Below are positions 56,889-64,000 of a stretch of 64,000 bases of DNA, piece after piece; the first letter of the stretch is position 1; each line of letters begins with the position of its first letter. A program made the translations under genes and the position numbers. The notes below the pieces were generated by a model that worked only from the letters and a program-made list of their open reading frames with translations, was not told the origin of the DNA and did no database searches. The DNA is taken from IMG/VR virus record IMGVR_UViG_3300051215_000059; one strand, given 5' to 3'. The DNA comes from a virus. Lineage: Duplodnaviria > Heunggongvirae > Uroviricota > Caudoviricetes.

Positions 56889-57932
56889 ATGAGATTTAGT
56901 GAAATAACTGAAACAATGTTGTCAGAAATGATTGTTCGTCACCAGACAGAACGTGGTGATATGCTTGTTGCGTTCAAGGATAGTATATGGATTTTTGACC
57001 AAGACGAATATGACCATAACGAAAATGCCATTCAAGACAATATAGAAAAGATAGCTGGCCCCATGCCAACATATGCGTCAAGCATTTCCGATGAAAGACC
57101 AGACATGGTGGTTGGCTCATATAATGATATAGACAATACACTTACCATTGAAGGTTCAGATACTAAACAGCATCCAGTCACTTCAAAACTAATTCAGAAA
57201 GTTGTAAAACAGCTTGGTATAGAAAATGTAGAATACGCATCGCTATCTGGTGACGTTGATTCATCTTATTCTCCAAAAGAAATAAAAGGAAAACTTCCAG
57301 AATACGGATACCATGGAACCAGCCTTCGTAGACTACGTGGTATTTTGAAGACTGGACTTGCGGCACAGAATATGGGAAACTGGGGGAATATTCATACGAA
57401 GGGTGCGATATTTTTTGCCGTAAGCGATAGCGTCCCCCGTTTTCATGCGAATAGAACAGCAACAAGAGACACAGATATTCCTGTAATCATAAAGTTCAAA
57501 ATACCAGACCAATCAAGAATATTTGCGGACTATGATGTTGCATCTGAGTTGTATGGGTCTTGGAGTCCACACGCGCCAAAAGAATACCAAAATTCAGCAA
57601 CGATGCCAGCGAGAGATAATAGCATAACGAAGCATCACAAGCGCCCAGAGAATCTATGGAAAGATATGGGAATCTTTGGATATAAAGGCAGAATACCACC
57701 ATCCATGTTTGTTGAGTTCTATACCACTTCTATGGCACCGAGTGATTATCCAGAAGAAGATGGATATGTGGAGCGCAGCCGAGAAGAAATGAATGATTAC
57801 ATGAAGGCGTATGTTTATGTTGCTGACAATTTTGGTGATGTTCAAGATTATATAGATGACAACTGGTTGCATTATAGTGCGGATGATATTATCGCTGATT
57901 TTGAACCAGAAGAAGATGAAGAAGACCTATGA
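56889..57932 (+). CDS. Late protein with ADP-ribosyltransferase-like domain, paralog A
   Basis: YGYHGTS...ILKTGL...IFFA; late promoter at 56860; MRFSEITE. Confidence 0.65.
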   Translation: MRFSEITETMLSEMIVRHQTERGDMLVAFKDSIWIFDQDEYDHNENAIQDNIEKIAGPMPTYASSISDERPDMVVGSYNDIDNTLTIEGSDTKQHPVTSKLIQKVVKQLGIENVEYASLSGDVDSSYSPKEIKGKLPEYGYHGTSLRRLRGILKTGLAAQNMGNWGNIHTKGAIFFAVSDSVPRFHANRTATRDTDIPVIIKFKIPDQSRIFADYDVASELYGSWSPHAPKEYQNSATMPARDNSITKHHKRPENLWKDMGIFGYKGRIPPSMFVEFYTTSMAPSDYPEEDGYVERSREEMNDYMKAYVYVADNFGDVQDYIDDNWLHYSADDIIADFEPEEDEEDL

Positions 57933-58171
57933 AAATAAATGAAATAGAACGTATGCTGGATGAAGAAGCCGTATTCTCAAGTTGGATAGATGACTTGAGT
58001 TTGGCAAAGGATGGCTCTGGTGACGTTGTTATGACATTACACAGTGGTCGTAGATATGTAGTGTCAGATGTTGGCAAACCATTATTCATAGAATGGATAA
58101 GTGCGATGTCAAAAGGAAAGTTTTGGCATTCCGACATAAGAGACTATCACACCACTTACAGGGTTCAATAA
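57929..58171 (+). CDS. KTSC-domain protein
   Basis: SSWID...VMTLHSGRRY...SKGKFWHSDIR. Confidence 0.75.
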   Translation: MKINEIERMLDEEAVFSSWIDDLSLAKDGSGDVVMTLHSGRRYVVSDVGKPLFIEWISAMSKGKFWHSDIRDYHTTYRVQ

Positions 58172-58181
58172 GGAAGTTCTA

Positions 58182-59294
58182 ATGAAAATAAATGAAATAA
58201 TCACCGAAAGCAGAGTTGGTCTTTTTGAAATGCGAGTTCGATTGAACCGAGTTTCGCAAGGCAGTGAACTTCCAGAAGGTTCAGTTGTGTTTGGTTATGC
58301 AGACAGTATTTGGGTAGTTACCAGAACCGATTGGAAAGAAAACAAAGAACAAATCGTGGCGGATATCCGCCAAAAGATGGGTCTGGATGACAGCGAACTA
58401 AAGGCTGGATGGTCGTTAGAAGCATTGATGGATTTGGGTGACATACGCTCTGATGTAGTGGCGTTCAAAATGGATGAAGGAAGATTACTATATCGTCGCC
58501 ATACCTATGGACAGTCGCCACAAACTTCTCCTTTATTCAAGAAAGTTACTTCTTACATAAAGCAAACATTTGGCATTGACCCACAGCCATTTTCTATGGG
58601 TGTGCGAATGGATACTGGAAATAAAAGAGAGGTTGACCCATCTACATTTAGAGGCGAACTTCCAAGAGAAGGATGGCATGGAACAAGTATTGATGCAGTC
58701 TCATCTATGTTGTCAAAAGGTATTGTTCCACAAAAAGCTGGAAACTATGGTGACGTTCATACTCCTGGTTATGTATTTTTTGCTGCTGATAAATCATCGT
58801 TGGTTCACAGATATGCTATGCATTCATCAGGTGGAATGTGGACTATGAAAACCATTCCAATAATTGTGCATTTCAAAGTTCCAGACGAAAACAGAATCAA
58901 GCCAGATGTTGATGTGGCACATAACTTGTATGGTAAAAAAGCAGCACAAGCAAACCCAGACTACAAACATCTTCCATTTACTGACAAGGAAGAAGGGCAA
59001 CCAGATTCAACAAAGGGCAAAAAGAATCCAGAACGTATGTGGAAGCATAGTGAACTTTTTGGATATAAGGGTCGTATTCCGCCATCACATATTATAAGTT
59101 TCATTTCATACAAGCAGTTTGGTGGAGAGAACATAAGCGTTGAACAAATGATTGAAAATATCAAGGCTTGGAATTATTTGAAAACAAAATATACTATGCA
59201 GGACATATTCAAGTCTCAAGTGAACTGGGGTGGAAAAAACGCAAAACAGATTGTCAAAGAAGTTTCTGAAGCCTTAGACCAACCAGAACAGTGA
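58182..59294 (+). CDS. Late protein with ADP-ribosyltransferase-like domain, paralog B
   Basis: GWHGTS...MLSKGI...VFFA; shares DVA..LYG and FGYKGRIPP with 56889. Confidence 0.65.
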   Translation: MKINEIITESRVGLFEMRVRLNRVSQGSELPEGSVVFGYADSIWVVTRTDWKENKEQIVADIRQKMGLDDSELKAGWSLEALMDLGDIRSDVVAFKMDEGRLLYRRHTYGQSPQTSPLFKKVTSYIKQTFGIDPQPFSMGVRMDTGNKREVDPSTFRGELPREGWHGTSIDAVSSMLSKGIVPQKAGNYGDVHTPGYVFFAADKSSLVHRYAMHSSGGMWTMKTIPIIVHFKVPDENRIKPDVDVAHNLYGKKAAQANPDYKHLPFTDKEEGQPDSTKGKKNPERMWKHSELFGYKGRIPPSHIISFISYKQFGGENISVEQMIENIKAWNYLKTKYTMQDIFKSQVNWGGKNAKQIVKEVSEALDQPEQ

Positions 59295-59415
59295 CAAAAA
59301 TATCACACTTTGCACTTTCGCATAAATAAGTCTTGTAATCTTATGACATATGGATTATATTAATACAAATGAACCAGAGAGTTCATTTGGAATACAAAAA
59401 AGGAATCACTTACAC

Positions 59416-60177
59416 ATGAAAACTACACTTATTGCAGCCGCAGTATGCGGTCTAATCGCGACTCAAGCATCCGCTCTTGAACTATCATTCGGAACTGACG
59501 TTTCTGTTCTTTCTACTGAGGGCGTAGAAACTTCTTCTGCTGAGTTTTCCGTTGATGGAAAGCATGACCTTGGCGGCTTCACTGCTATTGCTGGCGTAAC
59601 ATATGACGTTACCGAGACTGACCTAACCGAGTTCTACGTTGGTGCAATCGTTGGTAATACCACTCTTTCTTATGGCGACCAATCTGGCGTTTTTGACTTC
59701 GCTGGTGGCCTAACCAAAATTTCTGGCAATGTTCTTGCTGATCCAGCCGCAACTGACCGCACATTTGTTGTGTCGGGTCTTGCATATTCCGCATCAGTCG
59801 GTCTGAATGATAGCGAAGTTGAGAATGTCCAAGCAACCTATGCTATTCCAACCTTCAACGGTATTGATGCAACTGTTGGTGCTGACTACAACCTAACAAC
59901 CGAAGATGTAACACTTGGTCTTGCTGCAAACACCAAACTTGGTAACGGTGTTGTTGTTGGTGGCGTCCTAACTTATGCTGATGACTACGCAGTTGAACTA
60001 AACGGTTCATACAAGAACGCATCTGCGTTTGTCACATTTGATGATGAAGGTGCTGATGTTCTTGGCGTTGGATACACTCACACCGTAAGCGATAAAGCCG
60101 ACCTATATGCAGAAGCGGGTTATGACTTCAACACTGAAGATACCACTGTTGCATTGGGTGCTGCCCTACGTTTCTGA
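59416..60177 (+). CDS. Outer-membrane porin-like beta-barrel
   Basis: Signal peptide MKTTLIAAAV...ASA, alternating beta-strand pattern, C-terminal Phe (LGAALRF). Confidence 0.8.
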   Translation: MKTTLIAAAVCGLIATQASALELSFGTDVSVLSTEGVETSSAEFSVDGKHDLGGFTAIAGVTYDVTETDLTEFYVGAIVGNTTLSYGDQSGVFDFAGGLTKISGNVLADPAATDRTFVVSGLAYSASVGLNDSEVENVQATYAIPTFNGIDATVGADYNLTTEDVTLGLAANTKLGNGVVVGGVLTYADDYAVELNGSYKNASAFVTFDDEGADVLGVGYTHTVSDKADLYAEAGYDFNTEDTTVALGAALRF

Positions 60178-60196
60178 TAAAATCAGCAACTAAAAC

Positions 60197-60223
60197 AAAA
60201 AGTCGCCTTCGGGCGACTTTTTT
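60197..60223 (+). terminator. Intrinsic terminator, UUCG loop
   Basis: AAAAAGTCGCC-TTCG-GGCGACTTTTT. Confidence 0.85.
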
Positions 60224-60305
60224 ATTGACAATCAATGACTTATTTGATATAAATATAGAAATAGTTGACGAGCAACTATTTTATACACACACAGAAATGG
60301 AGAAA

Positions 60306-60632
60306 ATGATGAACGATTATGCAAAACAAATGCAAGAGTTTATGACACAGATGACTGAGGCAATGACTTCAGCTATGCCAAAAGTAAAGCCAAACAAGAA
60401 TGGCTACGAGATTCGCACCAAGGTTCTTGAAATCGCAAAAGATATGGAACAGTTTGAATACAGTGTAAAGTTCAATGGGTGGGAACAAACCGTTGAGCGT
60501 GACACTTCAACTGGACAGATTATCACAACTGTAAAAATGCCAGAAGTCCCAAGTGCAGACAAAGTTTTGGAAACTGCGCAAAAGTTCTACGACTTCATCA
60601 ACAACGCATCGTCAGGCAAAAAAAGCTCTTGA
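60306..60632 (+). CDS. Hypothetical protein (KNGYEIR motif)
   Basis: GGAG RBS; TTGACA (60225)/TATAAATA (60248) promoter. Confidence 0.7.
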   Translation: MMNDYAKQMQEFMTQMTEAMTSAMPKVKPNKNGYEIRTKVLEIAKDMEQFEYSVKFNGWEQTVERDTSTGQIITTVKMPEVPSADKVLETAQKFYDFINNASSGKKSS

Positions 60633-60945
60633 CGAATCACCCAGAATAGGGTATATTGAATAAATAATAAGGCAATATAAAACACACTGAATATGTTGCC
60701 TTATTTGTAAAAACACTAAAACTTACTTATATCGGATATGGACCCTGCTTTTTCATTCTATATCATTATAACATAGACTTTATATAGTATTGGTTCGGTC
60801 ACTGACTTTCATACCGAATAACAGAGTGAAAAATCTAAATTTTCAATAGATTTGAACTTTTATATAGCAAACTTAGTAATCTAACAATAAGAAAAGCCGA
60901 GATACTGGACGCAGTATTCTCGGTTTTTCTACCTACGGAGAATAA

Positions 60946-61101
60946 ATGAAAAAGTATTGGATGGTGTGCCTTGGGCGTATAAGTTTTGATGTTGTGTTGG
61001 CAACCACCGCCGATGAAGCAATTGCTAACATAAGAGAACGGTTTGGCGATGAAACCAACTACATTTATTTTGAAAAATATCGTGCCTTTCTTATAGAATA
61101 G
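60946..61101 (+). CDS. Small hypothetical protein (51 aa)
   Basis: GGAG RBS. Confidence 0.5.
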   Translation: MKKYWMVCLGRISFDVVLATTADEAIANIRERFGDETNYIYFEKYRAFLIE

Positions 61102-61103
61102 TG

Positions 61104-61132
61104 TTGACTTCCTCTGCGAATCGATATATACA
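61104..61132 (+). promoter_or_regulatory. Early promoter with spacer CGAATCG
   Basis: TTGACT-N17-TATACA, with GAATC at 61118-61122. Confidence 0.85.
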
Positions 61133-61162
61133 TATCATGTAGCCAAGAGAGAGGAAATCACT

Positions 61163-61630
61163 ATGGGCCGTTCAGTTTCTTATCCTTCTAATACCGCTGC
61201 TGTTTGCTTCCGCGATGTATCCAGCTTCGGGTATGTGATGGACGAAGATGGTGTTGTCACTGACGAATACGATGAGTGGCAGGGCCGTGACGACTGGGAT
61301 TGGTTTGTTGAAAGCATCAAGAATGACGCGACCGAAAAGTGGTCTTCGTTCTCTGAATGTGACGAATGGGTTGGTCGTGAAGACCGTGCCATTCTTGAAA
61401 ATAACTTCGCTTACATCGGCGTGAGCGAATACTGTGGCCTTGCTGCGGTGTGGCTGTTACCCAAAACTGAAGCACTGTTGAACACTGGTTACAGCGAAGA
61501 TGCTGCGATGGCAAACCTTTCTGAAAACTGGTGCAAACGGATTGCCAAAAACTTTGAAAAGCTGTTTGGTGAGTATGTCAAAGTTGCCGTGATGAGCAAC
61601 GGCGAAGGTGTTTACAAAAAAGTGGCGTAA
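61163..61630 (+). CDS. Early hypothetical protein
   Basis: GAGAGG RBS. Confidence 0.75.
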   Translation: MGRSVSYPSNTAAVCFRDVSSFGYVMDEDGVVTDEYDEWQGRDDWDWFVESIKNDATEKWSSFSECDEWVGREDRAILENNFAYIGVSEYCGLAAVWLLPKTEALLNTGYSEDAAMANLSENWCKRIAKNFEKLFGEYVKVAVMSNGEGVYKKVA

Positions 61631-61663
61631 TGGTGCGCCACGTAACTTATCTTGAGGATTAGA

Positions 61664-61972
61664 ATGAAAGAACTACTTATTGGTGTATCTGCCGTTGTCG
61701 GCATTGGTCTACTAACATGGGGCGGAATCTATGTGAATGGATTCTTCAACGCAGAACGTGAAGCACAACGAACAAAAGTGTTTCAAGAATCGCAAGCATA
61801 CAATGATGGTATGCGTCTGCAACTGAATAACCAGTGTATTGAATACGACAAGGCTGATGCGGCTGGTCGTGTTGGAATCAAGAATATGGTTCAGGATACT
61901 TTCGCATCACTTGATACTTCTGATTATCCCGCTCATCTTCAACAATGCCTTCGGAACATGGGAGTTCGCTAA
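61664..61972 (+). CDS. Membrane-anchored hypothetical protein
   Basis: N-terminal transmembrane helix. Confidence 0.7.
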   Translation: MKELLIGVSAVVGIGLLTWGGIYVNGFFNAEREAQRTKVFQESQAYNDGMRLQLNNQCIEYDKADAAGRVGIKNMVQDTFASLDTSDYPAHLQQCLRNMGVR

Positions 61973-62511
61973 TGAAAAATCTTCTTGCCGCCATTCTTCT
62001 TGTCGCATCTGCATCAGTTGCAAATGCTGGATGGTTTGATGTTGAACCGCCTTCATCGGACGAAGCTGTTTCTGAGCAGATGGAAAAGCTGCTAAAAGAA
62101 GGTGAGCGTCAAACTGGACTTCCTGCTATCACTAACTTCACCGAAAAGCGTATGGTGAAATGGCTGTATGAGTTGCGTGACCAGCCAAACTATCGCACAT
62201 ACACATATATTGTCACCATGAATGGACAACTTATCAAGATTTGCGACTCTGTTGGTTACGGCATCAATGCCTCCATTCAGTATAGCAATCCTGAAAAGGT
62301 TGTTGACTACGAAGAATTTATTGGTGACCGTATTGACGCACATGTTGGGACACTTCCACAAGCTGAACCTAACGGTCTGTTCATGCCAGAAGGTCTTGCC
62401 GCCACCTACGTCATGTGTGTGGATGGCGATAAAGAAGACGTGAAAGCGGTTTACCTTGAACCCGAAATCATCGTGTCACCGTTCCCACTTGACAGTGTAA
62501 ACGGACAATAA
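61972..62511 (+). CDS. Exported hypothetical protein
   Basis: Signal peptide MKNLLAAILLVASASVANA; LPQAEPNGLF. Confidence 0.75.
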   Translation: MKNLLAAILLVASASVANAGWFDVEPPSSDEAVSEQMEKLLKEGERQTGLPAITNFTEKRMVKWLYELRDQPNYRTYTYIVTMNGQLIKICDSVGYGINASIQYSNPEKVVDYEEFIGDRIDAHVGTLPQAEPNGLFMPEGLAATYVMCVDGDKEDVKAVYLEPEIIVSPFPLDSVNGQ

Positions 62512-62512
62512 G

Positions 62513-62538
62513 AAAAAGAGGCTTCGGCCTCTTTTTTT
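62513..62538 (+). terminator. Intrinsic terminator, UUCG loop
   Basis: AAAAAGAGGC-TTCG-GCCTCTTTTT. Confidence 0.85.
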
Positions 62539-62540
62539 AT

Positions 62541-62569
62541 TTGACAATCCCTACGAATCACGATATACA
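62541..62569 (+). promoter_or_regulatory. Early promoter with spacer CGAATCA
   Basis: TTGACA-N17-TATACA, with GAATC at 62555-62559. Confidence 0.85.
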
Positions 62570-62596
62570 TATTCTGTAGTCAGCAAGGAGAGACAA

Positions 62597-62884
62597 ATGA
62601 CGAAACCCGCTCGTAAAACGATTGAAGTTGGTAAGGTTCTGCGTATGGCGAACCATTTTCTCGCCGCAAAAAATACCACTGCTGATGAGCGGGAAGGTGT
62701 TTGCTCGTTGATCGAAGCGATGCTTTTTGAGTCTGGCAACTATAACGGCTTCTGCTATTTGCCCTCAAAAGACTATCCCAATGAGGTTGATGGTCTTGGT
62801 TCTCGTCGTTTCTACTATCCTTCGCGCACGATTGTTGAGGACCACGATGCCGACCTTCGCAACGTCAACAAAATTCGTGTGTAA
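62597..62884 (+). CDS. Early hypothetical protein
   Basis: AAGGAGAG RBS. Confidence 0.75.
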   Translation: MTKPARKTIEVGKVLRMANHFLAAKNTTADEREGVCSLIEAMLFESGNYNGFCYLPSKDYPNEVDGLGSRRFYYPSRTIVEDHDADLRNVNKIRV

Positions 62885-62890
62885 AAGGTC

Positions 62891-62919
62891 TTGACAATCC
62901 CCGCGAATCACTATATACA
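62891..62919 (+). promoter_or_regulatory. Early promoter with spacer CGAATCA
   Basis: TTGACA-N17-TATACA, with GAATC at 62905-62909. Confidence 0.85.
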
Positions 62920-62948
62920 TATCCTGTAAGCAAGAGAGAGGAAATCAG

Positions 62949-63158
62949 ATGCGTAACGTGACTATCACTCCCGAACTGGTTGATGTTGATGTGTGCTACG
63001 GTGATTACGATGGTTTCATTACCAAGACGACTTGGGTGGTTGAAATGTTTGAGGGTAAAGAACAGGTCACCACGATGTTCTTGAAAACTGAAGAGTTTGC
63101 AAAAGAAGCTGCCGACAAATTCATTCGCCTTGGCCTGTGCGCCTTTGGCTATTGCTGA
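62949..63158 (+). CDS. Early hypothetical protein
   Basis: GAGAGG RBS. Confidence 0.7.
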   Translation: MRNVTITPELVDVDVCYGDYDGFITKTTWVVEMFEGKEQVTTMFLKTEEFAKEAADKFIRLGLCAFGYC

Positions 63159-63180
63159 AATCAAGATAGGAGAGAACACT

Positions 63181-63378
63181 ATGGCTTGGAATCGTGAAGG
63201 TGATTTTGTCGCTGGCAACTATATGGGTATCTTTCCCTATGCTGGCAAGATTTCTGAATCTCGTGTGAAGTATGGTGGCAAGGTCCAGCATACGGTGAAA
63301 CTCCTGTCTGCCATCAACGTGTTTGGTGACGTGCGGGATACGATTTTGGTTGATGAAGACGAACTGGTTGTTGTGTAA
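63181..63378 (+). CDS. Early hypothetical protein
   Basis: AGGAG RBS before ATG 63181. Confidence 0.65.
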   Translation: MAWNREGDFVAGNYMGIFPYAGKISESRVKYGGKVQHTVKLLSAINVFGDVRDTILVDEDELVVV

Positions 63379-63385
63379 ACAGTTC

Positions 63386-63414
63386 TTGACTTTCTACTCG
63401 AATCACTATATACA
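63386..63414 (+). promoter_or_regulatory. Early promoter with spacer CGAATCA
   Basis: TTGACT-N17-TATACA, with GAATC at 63400-63404. Confidence 0.85.
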
Positions 63415-63444
63415 TACACTGTAGCCAACAGAAAGGGACTTCCA

Positions 63445-63786
63445 ATGGATATTCAACTTGTTCACTCTCTCGCTCTTGCTGACGCTAAAGCCGCTTCGGA
63501 TGCTGCGCTGAAACAGTGGGGTAGTGACTTCGGTGCTTGCGGTTTCGCTTGGGTGAAAGTCACTCCCAAAGAAAAAGGCAACACCAAAGGTGGTCGTGCT
63601 GAACGGAAACTTCTCGAGTCGATTGGTTTCCGTAAGGATTGGACTGGCAAATCGTGGGAACTGTGGAACCCCTCTAAGTATCCCGGTCAGAACATTGATA
63701 TCAAAGAGGCTGGTGCTCGTGCCTATGCCGCAAAGATGCGTGAACTGACTGATCTGGATGCATGGGCGGGGTCGCGGCTGGACTAA
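63445..63786 (+). CDS. Early hypothetical protein (GACGFAWV motif)
   Basis: AAGGG RBS after the promoter. Confidence 0.75.
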   Translation: MDIQLVHSLALADAKAASDAALKQWGSDFGACGFAWVKVTPKEKGNTKGGRAERKLLESIGFRKDWTGKSWELWNPSKYPGQNIDIKEAGARAYAAKMRELTDLDAWAGSRLD

Positions 63787-64000
63787 AATGTCTGATATGC
63801 CACCCGTTCCATTGTTTTGGAAAATCATTCCCCGCAATATGGCGGGGATACCAAAACATCAGTTCAAGGAACGTATCAAACAATATGGAATATATCACAC
63901 GATTGGAGTGATATATCATTCTTACGACGAAGAGTCGTTGGCATTGATGCTTATGATGGAAGGCGATGAAAACAACATTCGCATCATTCCATATACGCAT

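Noticed and set aside
60629-60657. Another GAATC-class early promoter
   Set aside because: GAATC overlaps the -35 box rather than the conserved spacer position, and the -10 is weak.

Overview
This is a 64 kb segment of a T4-related jumbo myophage. Its gene set resembles the large Rak2/GAP32/Atu_ph07-type phages (inference from gene content). The host is very probably an alphaproteobacterium, most likely Rhodobacteraceae-like. Support for that: a circularly permuted two-piece tmRNA, a DUF1127 small protein, a Rhodobacter-type porin and GANTC-containing promoters. Core genes include the terminase C-terminus, gp32 SSB, UvsX, UvsY, UvsW, NrdAB, primase, gp41 helicase, a mini-DnaE, PAAR and a late virion block. 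Accessory content includes four DNA methyltransferases, three homing-type endonucleases and clusters of small early genes. Most notable observations: (1) nine sigma70-type early promoters all carry CGAATCR at a fixed spacer position, the reverse complement of the GcrA-preferred CcrM-methylated motif; (2) a 9 kb two-operon biosynthetic-type cluster (epimerase, radical SAM, thiolase, methyltransferase, PLP enzyme, sulfotransferase, aryl-CoA ligase, two Fe/2OG oxygenases, GNAT); (3) the permuted tmRNA; (4) a five-gene translationally coupled microprotein operon; (5) a set of late proteins with capsid-targeting-like N-termini, including two ADP-ribosyltransferase-like paralogs; (6) several homing-endonuclease insertion footprints. 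All family assignments come from motif recognition by eye; no database searches were run.
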